Positions 29,463 through 39,060 of a stretch of DNA of 64,000 nt are shown piece by piece. The translations under genes and the position numbers were made by a program. The notes under the pieces were generated by a model. The model did not search any database. It was not told where the DNA came from and saw nothing but the letters and a program-made list of their open reading frames with translations. The DNA comes from Pirellulaceae bacterium (GTDB lineage Bacteria > Planctomycetota > Planctomycetia > Pirellulales > Pirellulaceae): positions 1,431 to 65,430 of the forward strand of contig JBGSLW010000345.1 in NCBI GenBank assembly GCA_041740495.1, given 5' to 3'. Position 1 is the stretch's first letter. Every line of letters begins with the position of its first letter.

Positions 29463-29879
29463 ATGCTGAGAACCACATTTCTCGTCTTCGTCCTGTGGGG
29501 AAGCACTTGCTTTTCCTGGAGTCAAGAACCGGCTGCCAAGTCGCAGGAAATGGAGACTCCCAAGATCACCAAGGAAAAGCCAATCAGCTTCTGGATGGCA
29601 AAGAAGATGGACTATTCCAAAGGGATGCTCGAAGGGCTGACCGCGGGTGATTTCAAGTCGTTGGAGACCTATGCCACCCAAATGCGGGCTCTGGGGCAGC
29701 TGGAAGGGTTCGTCCGTAGCGGCAGCCCCGAATACGCTGCGCAGATGCACATGTTCGACATGTCGAACACTGACCTGATCGTCCAAGCGCGCAAGGGGAA
29801 TATCGAAGGGGCAACGCTGGCGTTCAACCACCTCACCTCCAGTTGCGTCGCCTGCCACACGGAACTGCGCAAGAAGTAA
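29463..29879 (+). CDS. class II cytochrome c (cytochrome c'-like four-helix bundle), secreted
   Basis: Signal peptide MLRTTFLVFVLWGSTCFS, a helical ~110-aa body, and a single C-terminal haem motif CVACH four residues... from the end region (SSCVACHTELRKK). Confidence 0.65.
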   Translation: MLRTTFLVFVLWGSTCFSWSQEPAAKSQEMETPKITKEKPISFWMAKKMDYSKGMLEGLTAGDFKSLETYATQMRALGQLEGFVRSGSPEYAAQMHMFDMSNTDLIVQARKGNIEGATLAFNHLTSSCVACHTELRKK

Positions 29880-29883
29880 CCGG

Positions 29884-31209
29884 CTATTTCCGCTGGAACA
29901 ACCAGACGTAGCCATGGCAAGTGGCGTACGCATTGATCATCCCCGGCGTTTCCGGTTGGACGAAGTACGCGTTTAGTTTTTCGCGCGCCGTATCGTAACG
30001 GGTTCGCGTATCGACGTAGGAATGGCTGGCTGTCATGTCGCGGTAGGCTTTGGTCCACTCCTGCGTCGCCTCGTTGGACATCGCGGCTTCGCCGGGGTAC
30101 TTGGCCTCGAAGCGCGACCGCAAATCTTCCATGAACTTCCGCAAAGCCGCGGCTGCCTCTTCTCGTTGCGTTTGCGCTTCATCCATCGCCGCGCGTTCCG
30201 CATCGCTCAAATCAGGTCGGACCGTCAAATTGGTACAAAAGTCCCCCAACAGCAGATCGACCTTGCCATCCAAGTTGAAATCGGTGGCGAAGACTTGAGA
30301 ACGAATCCCGGGGCACGGGGCCGATTCGGGCCACAGCCACTCGTCCTCGCCCACTCCTTGGTGCGGTGGAATCAGGTTCTCGATCGCCGCGAACTTCGGC
30401 TCGCCCAGGCGACCGACATTCCGCAACCAGTAAACCCCGCCGTCCTCGCAGCCGGTCAGGATATCCCAGAGACCATCCCCGTCCCAATCGACGACGCCCG
30501 GTGTGGCATGCCCTTTAGGCAACTTGGCCGGCTTGTTGCCGCAAGCAACGATCAAGTTGTCCGTGGCGAACTCTGGCGTGCCGCGCGTCCCTTCGTTCAG
30601 ACGAATGCGGAACTCGCCCGAGTAAGTCCCCAATAACAAATCCAAATCCCCGTCGTGGTCCCAATCGACGACGGCAATCCAACTGCCGAACGACTCGAAC
30701 GGCTGCTGTTGATCCGGTTGGGTGAGAACGGGTTTGCCCGATTTGTCCAGAATCGTCTCGACCGCGGCGTATTCGCCCCGACCTAACCCGCGGAACAAGT
30801 GAAACGTGCCCGGGTCGTAGCTGCCGCTGATCAGATCGATATTGCCGTCGTCGTCGAAGTCCACCAACTGGGGACTGGAGCCGATGCATCAGTAGATTCG
30901 GACTTCGGCGTCGACGCCCCCTGCCTGCAGCGGCATCCCCAGTTCGAACTGCGGCTCGGCGTCGCTCCCCTGATTGCGATAGAACTGAAATTTTCCGCTG
31001 AAGTCCCCGACCAACAGGTCCCGCAGTCCGTCGCCATCGACATCTTCGTAACAAGGTCCGGCATGCCCCCATTGAGCGCCGCAGTCGATCGGAACGTCCG
31101 CGACCGTCAAGCGGACAGGAGGCTGGAAGATCTCGTTCTGCTGGCCGACCGCCGCAATCGTCCATCCCCCCCAGATCGCAGCGATCCATCCGAACAGCAC
31201 GCGTTGCAT
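29884..31209 (-). pseudogene. FG-GAP/VCBS repeat protein interrupted by a single in-frame TGA (30889-30891)
   Basis: The two ORF-track pieces (30889-31302 and 29884-30867) are in the same frame. The read-through sequence ...AEVRIY*CIGSSPQLVDFDDDGNIDLISG continues the repeat pattern (DVDGDGLRDLLVGDF, DWDHDGDLDLLLG, DWDGDGLWDIL, DFNLDGKVDLLLGDF). ATG at 31209 gives a signal-like MQRVLFGWIAAIWGGW. Confidence 0.6.
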
Positions 31210-31424
31210 GACTTCCCCTGGTTTTGCTTCCGAACGATTACGGAGCCCGACATCCGTGCGACGTCGGGCGAATTCCGAATCTCTTATCCAGTTTATGTGC
31301 AAACGGGCCTCCCGTTCAATTGCACAGCTTCCCTTGGGGGCGGGGGGGCGGGGGGCGCCAGAAAAACTTCAGTAACAAAGTGACGGGGCCAGCGTCGATT
31401 GGTTGTCCTCAGAGGAGAACCTAT

Positions 31425-32357
31425 ATGTATCGCCCGCATTGGACGTATCAGCTCGGCGTTCTTGGCTTGATTTTCGCGTCTGGGTGTGCCCAATCCTCGA
31501 TGCCAGGGGCACCGGCCCCGGCACACGGAACCGCCCGAGGGCAAGGCATTTTCGCCGGAAAACTCGACTCGCTGGCCACCGCGGAGGTGAAGCCGGAAAC
31601 TACCCAAACACCGCCTGCGCTCGACGCGACGGCCGAGTCTTCGTACACCCAGGACCCAGTCGCGCCGGTCGATCGCAAGATCATCTACACGGCGTATCTG
31701 TCGATCGAGGTCGAACGATTCGACGCCCTCCCGCAGGAGGTTAACCGGCTGGTTCAACAGTTCGACGGCTATATTGCCCATACCGATGTTCAGCAAATGC
31801 AGGGGAGTCGTCGCGGTGGCCGCTGGACGATCCGTGTGCCGGTCAATCGCTACCGCGAATTTCTGGGCTCCGCCAGCGGGTTGGGCGTTCCGGAGTCCTT
31901 GCGAGAGGAAGCCAGTGATGTTTCGGAAAGGTTTGTCGACCTGGAGGCTCGTGTCGCCAGCAGCAAGCAACTGGAAACACAGATCATGGAACTTCTGAAA
32001 AAGCAGACCGACAAGATCGACCAATTGTTGACGATCGAACGCGAACTGGCTCGTGTCCGTTTGGAGATCGAACAAATGGAGGGCCAATTGCGTCTGCTCA
32101 GCTACCAGGTTGCCATGTCGACCGTGCATTTGAACGCGATCGAGAAAGTGACATTCATGCCGGCCGAGCGTCCTGCGCTGGCTCGCCGCGCCTCGCTGGA
32201 ATGGTCTGAAGCCGTCGGTCGCTTCGGCCGGTTTCTAGAGGACGTCGCCATCCGCCTGATCGCGAATACGTTTGTGATCTTGGCGTGGATCGTGTTCGGT
32301 CTGATCGCGTGGATCGTGTTCCGAGCCGTCCGCCGTCGATACCTGGCCCAGGCCTGA
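31425..32357 (+). CDS. DUF4349-like lipoprotein (coiled-coil, C-terminal TM helices)
   Basis: ATG at 31425 after GAGGAGAA. Has a lipobox-like LIFASGCAQ, then RKIIYTAYLSIEV...FVDLEARV...IERELARVRLEIEQMEG and a hydrophobic C-terminus. Confidence 0.7.
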   Translation: MYRPHWTYQLGVLGLIFASGCAQSSMPGAPAPAHGTARGQGIFAGKLDSLATAEVKPETTQTPPALDATAESSYTQDPVAPVDRKIIYTAYLSIEVERFDALPQEVNRLVQQFDGYIAHTDVQQMQGSRRGGRWTIRVPVNRYREFLGSASGLGVPESLREEASDVSERFVDLEARVASSKQLETQIMELLKKQTDKIDQLLTIERELARVRLEIEQMEGQLRLLSYQVAMSTVHLNAIEKVTFMPAERPALARRASLEWSEAVGRFGRFLEDVAIRLIANTFVILAWIVFGLIAWIVFRAVRRRYLAQA

Positions 32358-32479
32358 CGCCGCTCGTGCCGAATTGTTGTCCTTAACCGTCGGTTGTATC
32401 GGATCGCGCGGGGTGAAGAGAGCAATTGAGGACAATCGCTCTACTCTCAAATCCTCTACGCACTCCGCAAGCTCGCGAG

Positions 32480-34282
32480 CTACAACAATTCCTCCAAGCG
32501 ATCGATCAGCAACGCGAATCGGCGCATCGCGGCGTCGACCGGTTGCGGAGTTTCCAAGTCGACCCCCGCGTCGCGCAGCAGGTCGAGCGGGAACTTGCTG
32601 CAGCCCGCCTGCAAGAATCCCAAGTAGTCGTCTAAAGCGGACGCTCCGCCCGCCAGCACCCGCTCGCTGAGTGCGATCGCGGCCGACAGCCCGGTGGCGT
32701 ACTTGTATACGTAAAACGCTCGATAGAAGTGGGGGATTCGCAAGCACTCCAGCGACAGTTCCTCGTCCAAGGCGAATTCGGGGCCAAAGTAGTCCTCCAA
32801 CAGTTGGCGATAGACTTGCCGGAAGGCCGCCAACGTCAGCGGCTCTCCCGCCTCCACCATCGCGTGCGTCGTCTTTTCAAACTCGGCGAACATGGTTTGC
32901 CGCACGATGGTCGCGCGGATGTCGTCGATCTGGTTGTTGATCAAATACGCCTGCATTTTCGGATCGCGAGTTCGCTCGAGCATATGCTTCGCCAGCAGTT
33001 GTTCGTTAAACGTACTCGCCACCTCGGCGACAAAAATCGTGTAGTGGTAGTACTCGTACGGTTGATGCTGGACGGAGAGGTGGGAGTGCATCGAGTGCCC
33101 CGCTTCGTGGGCCAATGTAAACACGTCGTTCAGCACCTCGGGCTTGTAGTTCATCAAGATGTACGGTTCCCCGTCGTAGGTGCCGTAGCTGAATGCACCG
33201 CTTTGCTTCCCTCGGTTGGGGTAGCGATCGCACCAACGCCCGGAGAGCCCGCGGCGGAGCACGTCGACGTAGTGCGACCCCAGCGGCGCCAGAGATTCCG
33301 TGACCAACTCGACCGCCTCATCCCACGTGTGCCGCTGTTGCATTTGGCTGAGAATCGGTACGTAGGTGTCGTAATGGTGGATCGACTTCAATCGCATCTT
33401 GCGGCGCCGCAGTTCATAGAACCGATAGAGCGTCGGGAGGTGACTGCGCACCGTGGCGATCAGGTTGTCGTAGACCGCGGGCGAGACCTGATCGGGATAC
33501 AGCGCGGACTCCAGGCAACTGGGGTAGCCGCGGGCTCGGGCGTAGTAGACATCTTTTTGGATCGAGCCGTGGAGGATAGCGGCCAAGGTATTCCCGTGGC
33601 CTGTGAACTGCTCGTAAAACTGGTGAAAAGCCCGCTTCCGCACGTCCCGTTCGGGGGACTGGAGCAGCTGCGTGAACGTCGCCGGCGACAATTCGATCTG
33701 CCGCCCTTGGGCGTCCTGCACGTTGCCGAATCTCAGATCGGCGTCGTGCAGCTGACGAAACACGGTGTTGGCGGTTGCGGCCATATCCCCCTGCATCGCC
33801 AGCAGTCGCTCTTGCTCGGCCGGCAACGTGTAGGGGCGGAAGCGCAAAATCCGTTCGATCATCAGCCGGTACAGCGCCACAGCGGGCTCGCGGAGAAATC
33901 GCTTCAACTTGGCCGCCGGAATCGCCAGGAGTTCGGGCTGGATAAAACTGGTCGCTTCGCTCAGTCGCGTGGATGCGGTTTGCCAGCGGCCCAGCATTCG
34001 CTGATAGTCTGCGTTGGCCTGATCTTCGGCGGCTCGCAGATAGGCGTAGTTTCCCAGGCGTTCGGCGATCCGCTCACTGGCGCCGGCGTATTTCAGACAG
34101 GCGGCAATTGTCGCGGCGCTAACGCCGAGTTTCCCTTGCCATTGCGCGTGCTTGCCGATCCGCCGCTCGAGTTTCTTCAGCTCGGACTCCCAGCCGGCAT
34201 CGTCCGCAAAGAGTTTCGAAAGGTCCCACGTATCGCCGGCCGGAACAGCCGAACGCGGAGGGAGACGTACCGTTTTGGTCAT
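32480..34282 (-). CDS. pepF: oligoendopeptidase F (M3B metallopeptidase)
   Basis: 600 aa with the HEAGHSMH zinc motif and an M3B-type N-terminal helical domain. Confidence 0.88.
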   Translation of the reverse strand: MTKTVRLPPRSAVPAGDTWDLSKLFADDAGWESELKKLERRIGKHAQWQGKLGVSAATIAACLKYAGASERIAERLGNYAYLRAAEDQANADYQRMLGRWQTASTRLSEATSFIQPELLAIPAAKLKRFLREPAVALYRLMIERILRFRPYTLPAEQERLLAMQGDMAATANTVFRQLHDADLRFGNVQDAQGRQIELSPATFTQLLQSPERDVRKRAFHQFYEQFTGHGNTLAAILHGSIQKDVYYARARGYPSCLESALYPDQVSPAVYDNLIATVRSHLPTLYRFYELRRRKMRLKSIHHYDTYVPILSQMQQRHTWDEAVELVTESLAPLGSHYVDVLRRGLSGRWCDRYPNRGKQSGAFSYGTYDGEPYILMNYKPEVLNDVFTLAHEAGHSMHSHLSVQHQPYEYYHYTIFVAEVASTFNEQLLAKHMLERTRDPKMQAYLINNQIDDIRATIVRQTMFAEFEKTTHAMVEAGEPLTLAAFRQVYRQLLEDYFGPEFALDEELSLECLRIPHFYRAFYVYKYATGLSAAIALSERVLAGGASALDDYLGFLQAGCSKFPLDLLRDAGVDLETPQPVDAAMRRFALLIDRLEELL

Positions 34283-34317
34283 AGGGCGGGTCCAGTGAAC
34301 AGCGATCGGGGCGGCGG

Positions 34318-37300
34318 TTATTTTCGTTCGAATAGCGGTCCAGTGCTCAGTACGCCGTGGGTGATCCCCTCGGCCTCCGCGGCCTGGTCGCGCAGACGAT
34401 ACTTGATTTTAGCCGCGACCAGGGGGTTGCGCGGAGCGCCGGGAGCGGTTTGATATTCCAGCCGGGCCTGGTTGCGCGCATCCCCCTCCAGCACCAAGAT
34501 CTCGCGGGCCTGGTCGAAACTGAGTCGTTGGGCCAGCGCCGAAAACAACTCTCCCTCCAACTGCAACTGCCCTTGTGCGATCATCTCCAGGTGCGGCTCG
34601 GCGGCGGTCGACCTTTGCCATTGCACGACGCGCAATTCGTCGGCCCGCAGCCGATACCGGCCGGTGGATAGCTGGGATACGTCCGCATCCAGGGATTCGT
34701 CCGTCCCCCCCACGCTCCCGTAGATCACCCGCACGTTGCCACGAAACGTCAAGTCGCTCCGTTCCAGATCTCCTTCGATTTCCCGATCGAATTTTATTTG
34801 TGTATTCCCCCAAGCGCTCGCGCCGGCGGCGGGACGATCGGAACTGGGGAGCGTCGATTGCAAGTTCTGCCCAAGTTGACTGGCGGGCATCCACGCCGTC
34901 AGCGCCCCAGGTCCGTTGCTGCGGACTCCGCCGGAGCGCACCTGGACCTGCAGCCACGGCACGTCGAAACGCTGCAGCTGCTGTAAGGTCGCTTGCGAGT
35001 CGAAAACCTGGCGCTCCAGAATCGAACGGCGCGCCTCGGGATCGCCTCCCGCCGCGACCTGTGGAAAGACGCGTTGGTCTGCGGAGATCTCGCGGGCCAA
35101 CGTGATCGATTCGACCCGCGTCGCGGCCATCGTCGAACCGCCCGCCGAAGCCGACTCACCTGCGCCCGAGAAATCGAGCTGATCCTCCAGCGTCAGGTTC
35201 AACGCGGCGCACTCGACTCGCGTCCGCACCAGTCCGGATTCCGCCGGTTCGTCGATCGTCGCGACGACGCCGGACTCAAAGTAAACCTGGCGCCCATCGA
35301 AAACCATGCCCCCCTCCCAGGCGAGTGCCAACTGGCGAACGATCTCCGCAGGTGCTGCCGCGACGCCCGCATCGACCGCGGCGGCGGGGAGCGGCGTTTC
35401 CTGCGATCGCGCTCCACCGCTGGCCAATGACGCCAATTCCCCGGCCAACGCTCCCTGTAGATTGCCGGCGCCATCGATCCAGAGTCGATTGGCCTTTTGA
35501 TCGACCGTCACTTGTGCACCGGACATCGTCATCCCGGCGGCGGTGATGATCATGGGGCGATCGGGCGCCCCTTGCACGACGGCTCGCCGATGCTCTGCAT
35601 CTTGTGGCACTACCTTCAACTGATTGCCTTCGATCTGCAGTTCGGCTTCTTGGTTCAGGGGATTCCGCTGTTGTAACAGGACATTGCCATCGATGGTGAT
35701 TTCGTCAAATTGAACTGCGGCCGCGGAACCACCCAAGGCGCTGCTGGATTCGGTGGAGGACGTGGGCGCTCCGTCGACGGTTCGAGCGGCAAGGAGGGGC
35801 TTTGCCGCAAAGCGGATCGTAGCGACCTGGCCGCGAACCCACAGCGGCACTCCACCCGGTTTCGGCGGGTTGGCCAGCGGCAGGCTGGAATTGCTCAAGG
35901 CGGCGGGTGCGTTCGAGTCTTCTCGGGCGGGGCTTACCGACGTCGCAGCCCGAACCGCTTCTTGCGGTGTTGCGCCGACATAGTCCGAACGCGCCACCGC
36001 AGCCCGCAGCGATTGTGCTCCGGATCCGGCGTCCCCACCCACCCCTGCCTCGATCGGAGCCGGCCAGTACGCCAACAACTGCTCGACGCGGACATCCAGA
36101 CGATCGGCGGTCACGTGCACTTGCCCGGTCGCGATCAGCTTGACCAGGTCGACCGCCGCGGCCCCGGTCCCGGCTGGTTTGCCCTGCCGAAACCAAAGCT
36201 CGATTTGATCGGTTTCCAGGGCGATCGTCGGACCGAAGTTCGCCACGACCTTTCCCAGAACGGTCAGTTTGCGTTGCTCCCCCTGGACCTCGATCGACAA
36301 GCCCTGCTGCCAGGCGACCACCATCGGTGGCTGATCGGGATCGGAGGTTTGCACTAATCGCCCCGGACCGCGGATCGTTGTCGGCCCAATCGAGCCATCC
36401 TCCATCCGCCGATACTCGACGTCGCTCGCCATCAGCTCCAGGTTTTCCTGCCGCAACGGTTGCGGGACCGTATTCTCGATCCGTACGGTATCCCGAGCAA
36501 AGTCATAGGCCAGGCGTTCACCCAAGACAGTAACTCGGTGCGACGGGAAATTGATTTGCGCTGGTTGACCGACCACCGCCACCGATTGCACGCTCCAGCT
36601 TTTCGGCTGGGGAGCTCGCGGATCGCTCGGTTCCACGCCGGTGTCGTTTGCCTGGTCCGTGGAGTTCGACAGCGCGCCGCCGCTGAACGCTATCTCCAAC
36701 CGATCGGCTTTCATCCAATCGCGTGGATCGGCAAGTGAAATCATTTCCACCTGCTGATTCAGACTTGCCAGCCCGGATGTCACGTCGATCACCAGCGGCC
36801 CCGCTGCGGTGACGCGGTACAAAGTCGGCGGCGCCTTGGGAGTTGCAGTGGTCGATTCGACGGCAGGCGCCTGCGGACTCGACGGAGGGTTCCGGGCCGG
36901 CACTCCCCCCAACGCCAGCGGCGGAGACGAGGCGTCGGACGGGGTTGCCGCCGGCGCCTCGTCAACTTCCAATCGCATTTCCGCGATTTTCACGAGTTCG
37001 ATTCGCGCCGCGCCGCGTACCGCTGCCATCGTTTTCTGTCCGGCCCGCAGAGGATCTCGCTCCAATGTCACGATCAAATGCCGGCCGCGCCCGACGTTCG
37101 GCCCGAACTGGAATTCCACGTCTTGCAGTGTTTGGATTCGTTCGTTGGTGAGTTGGACCTCGCTCGTGAGGACTCGCCAATCATCTCGGCGGTCGGGCGC
37201 CGAGGCTTGGCGATAAATTTCCACCGGCCCAAAGAGCATCCCTCCCTCCAGCTGACCGGTCTTGGCGCTGAGATTGAGCGGGGCGTCGAACTTCAGCACG

Positions 37301-37668
37301 GCCCCTTGCGGCGCCCGCAACACGATCTGCGGCGCTTCGGGCGGGTCTCCGGCCGCCCGATACAGAATCGTCAGCGGACGAACCTCGACTCGACCATCGT
37401 CGTGCGGCTGGTAATCTTGAAACAGGAGATGTCCGGCGGCGGTGTCTAGCCGCTTGCAAGGCTGCAGCTCCCAAGCCCCGGCGGGGAGCCAACGGCTAAG
37501 GTCCGGCGATTGGGAATGGATGTCGGCAGAAACCAACGCCGTTTCGCGGATCCGTTTGGGAGGTCCCTCGATCCACGGGATCGCCAGGCGAGCGTAGAGC
37601 GCGTACGCCGCTAGGACCCCAGCCAACGCCGAGAGGAATCGGCCCCACGGACCGCGTAATCGCCTCAT
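34318..37668 (-). CDS. giant membrane-anchored periplasmic/secreted protein built of OstA/LptA-like repeats (hypothetical)
   Basis: ATG at 37668 (MRRLRGPWGRFLSALAGVLAAYALYA, TM anchor); a GTG alternative lies at 37749. It contains repeated segments of the type LTFRGNVRV / LRADELRVV / RLSFDQAREILVLEGDAR. Confidence 0.7.
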   Translation of the reverse strand: MRRLRGPWGRFLSALAGVLAAYALYARLAIPWIEGPPKRIRETALVSADIHSQSPDLSRWLPAGAWELQPCKRLDTAAGHLLFQDYQPHDDGRVEVRPLTILYRAAGDPPEAPQIVLRAPQGAVLKFDAPLNLSAKTGQLEGGMLFGPVEIYRQASAPDRRDDWRVLTSEVQLTNERIQTLQDVEFQFGPNVGRGRHLIVTLERDPLRAGQKTMAAVRGAARIELVKIAEMRLEVDEAPAATPSDASSPPLALGGVPARNPPSSPQAPAVESTTATPKAPPTLYRVTAAGPLVIDVTSGLASLNQQVEMISLADPRDWMKADRLEIAFSGGALSNSTDQANDTGVEPSDPRAPQPKSWSVQSVAVVGQPAQINFPSHRVTVLGERLAYDFARDTVRIENTVPQPLRQENLELMASDVEYRRMEDGSIGPTTIRGPGRLVQTSDPDQPPMVVAWQQGLSIEVQGEQRKLTVLGKVVANFGPTIALETDQIELWFRQGKPAGTGAAAVDLVKLIATGQVHVTADRLDVRVEQLLAYWPAPIEAGVGGDAGSGAQSLRAAVARSDYVGATPQEAVRAATSVSPAREDSNAPAALSNSSLPLANPPKPGGVPLWVRGQVATIRFAAKPLLAARTVDGAPTSSTESSSALGGSAAAVQFDEITIDGNVLLQQRNPLNQEAELQIEGNQLKVVPQDAEHRRAVVQGAPDRPMIITAAGMTMSGAQVTVDQKANRLWIDGAGNLQGALAGELASLASGGARSQETPLPAAAVDAGVAAAPAEIVRQLALAWEGGMVFDGRQVYFESGVVATIDEPAESGLVRTRVECAALNLTLEDQLDFSGAGESASAGGSTMAATRVESITLAREISADQRVFPQVAAGGDPEARRSILERQVFDSQATLQQLQRFDVPWLQVQVRSGGVRSNGPGALTAWMPASQLGQNLQSTLPSSDRPAAGASAWGNTQIKFDREIEGDLERSDLTFRGNVRVIYGSVGGTDESLDADVSQLSTGRYRLRADELRVVQWQRSTAAEPHLEMIAQGQLQLEGELFSALAQRLSFDQAREILVLEGDARNQARLEYQTAPGAPRNPLVAAKIKYRLRDQAAEAEGITHGVLSTGPLFERK

Positions 37669-37705
37669 CGCACACCACCTCCCTGCAACGTCGCACCCCC
37701 GTCGC

Positions 37706-37765
37706 GCGACTCTCCGAGTCGCGATCCTGCCGCTACCGCTCGCCGTCACGACTCTCCGAGTCGTG
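37706..37765. repeat. two copies of palindrome CGACTC-TCC-GAGTCG (family B) between kdsC and the giant gene
   Basis: GCGACTCTCCGAGTCGC at 37706-37722 and CACGACTCTCCGAGTCGTG at 37747-37765. The same core occurs at 214-234 and 58893-58909. Confidence 0.8.
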
Positions 37766-37770
37766 CGACG

Positions 37771-38295
37771 TTAGGCGCCGGTGTAGCGGCGGAGGACTTC
37801 ATCCCATCGCCCTTGGGCTTTGAGAATCATCTCGATCAACTCGCGCACTGCGCCCTTGCCTCCGTCGGTGGCCGTCACGTGGTGGGCCACGGCTCGCGCG
37901 TCGTTCGCCCCGTTCGCCACCGCAACGCCCAGTCCGACGTGTTGCATCAACGGAATATCGGCCAGGTCGTCGCCGATGTAGCACACCTGCTCCGGTGACA
38001 ACCGCATCTGTTCGATAATCTGTTGGGCCACCGGCAGCTTGTCGTCAAACCCTTGTCGGATCAGGTCAATCCCCAGTTCGGCAGCTCGCACGCGGACGAT
38101 ATGACTGGTCCGCGCGGTCAACAAGCCGAAGGTCCATCCGACGCGCTGCCACAGTTTGATTCCCAGGCCATCCCGCACATGGAACTGCTTGTATTCGATC
38201 CCTTGGTTGTCGTAGGCGATTCCCCCATCGGTCAGCACGCCATCCACATCGGAAAGGATCAACTCAATCTTGGCAGCCCGTTGATCAAATCGCAT
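37771..38295 (-). CDS. kdsC: 3-deoxy-D-manno-octulosonate 8-phosphate phosphatase (HAD-IIIA)
   Basis: DVDGVLTDG motif I, GDDLADIPLM motif, 174 aa. Confidence 0.85.
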   Translation of the reverse strand: MRFDQRAAKIELILSDVDGVLTDGGIAYDNQGIEYKQFHVRDGLGIKLWQRVGWTFGLLTARTSHIVRVRAAELGIDLIRQGFDDKLPVAQQIIEQMRLSPEQVCYIGDDLADIPLMQHVGLGVAVANGANDARAVAHHVTATDGGKGAVRELIEMILKAQGRWDEVLRRYTGA

Positions 38296-38426
38296 AATGG
38301 GTCGTTCCAGCCAATCGGCCGGGCAGGGGAGGAGAGCGGCGAGTTTTCGCGGATTTTAGTGGGTCCCTTCGCGAGGGGCAACTCCGACCGGCGGCTTTCA
38401 AGTCAACCGCTAGCAGAACCGTTTGC

Positions 38427-38879
38427 ATGATACTGGACGCATTCCCGTTCGACGACCGATGGCGGACGACCCACCCCGGATTTCCTGCCGCGTTTGACTT
38501 TTTGCGGCAGGCCATGGCGGCGCCCCCGCCAGCCGGGAAACATGTCTTGGAGCCAGATCGGCTGTGGGTGATCATCGAATCGGCCCAGGGGCGGACTCGA
38601 GCCAACGCGCCGCTCGAATTCCATCGGCGGTATATCGACATCCAATTGGTGCTGACCGGGGAGGAGACGATCGGCTGGTCGCCGCTTTCCACCCAGGCGG
38701 CCGCGACTGCGAATTACGACTCGGTCCGCGACATCGCTTTTCTGACCGACGTTCCCCGAGCCTGGTTCCAGCTGCGAGTCGGCGAGTTCGCCGTGTTCTT
38801 CCCGCACGATGGGCATGCTCCCTTGGCCGGCGATACTCCTGTGCTCAAAGCGATCGCCAAGGTCGCCGTGGATTGGTAA
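38427..38879 (+). CDS. YhcH/YjgK/YiaL (DUF386, EbgC-like) family protein
   Basis: 150 aa with LEFHRRYIDIQLVLTGEE and FAVFFPHDGHAP, typical of this cupin-like family. Confidence 0.78.
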   Translation: MILDAFPFDDRWRTTHPGFPAAFDFLRQAMAAPPPAGKHVLEPDRLWVIIESAQGRTRANAPLEFHRRYIDIQLVLTGEETIGWSPLSTQAAATANYDSVRDIAFLTDVPRAWFQLRVGEFAVFFPHDGHAPLAGDTPVLKAIAKVAVDW

Positions 38880-38886
38880 ACCATGT

Positions 38887-38913
38887 GCCGGAACCGCGAA
38901 GACTTGTTCCGGC
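38887..38913 (+). terminator. hairpin 8 nt after the YhcH-family stop (no U-tract)
   Basis: GCCGGAAC-cgcgaagactt-GTTCCGGC forms an 8-bp stem. Confidence 0.3.
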
Positions 38914-39060
38914 CTACGGTGTAAACAATTCGTGATTTTTCAAAAATGTGCGCGAAAAACGCTTTCTTCCGGCGTATAGCGGGTGAAAGTCGCAAGCGCG
39001 GCGTGGCCGCACGCTGAAATCGGCGTCGGCATCACATAAGTCAACTTGGGGAGATCGAAA

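Noticed and set aside
30840-30891. Bacterial SECIS element downstream of the in-frame TGA
   Set aside because: Only weak 4-5-bp stems can be drawn by hand, with nothing like the fdhF-type hairpin. It is kept as a test to run rather than as a claim.
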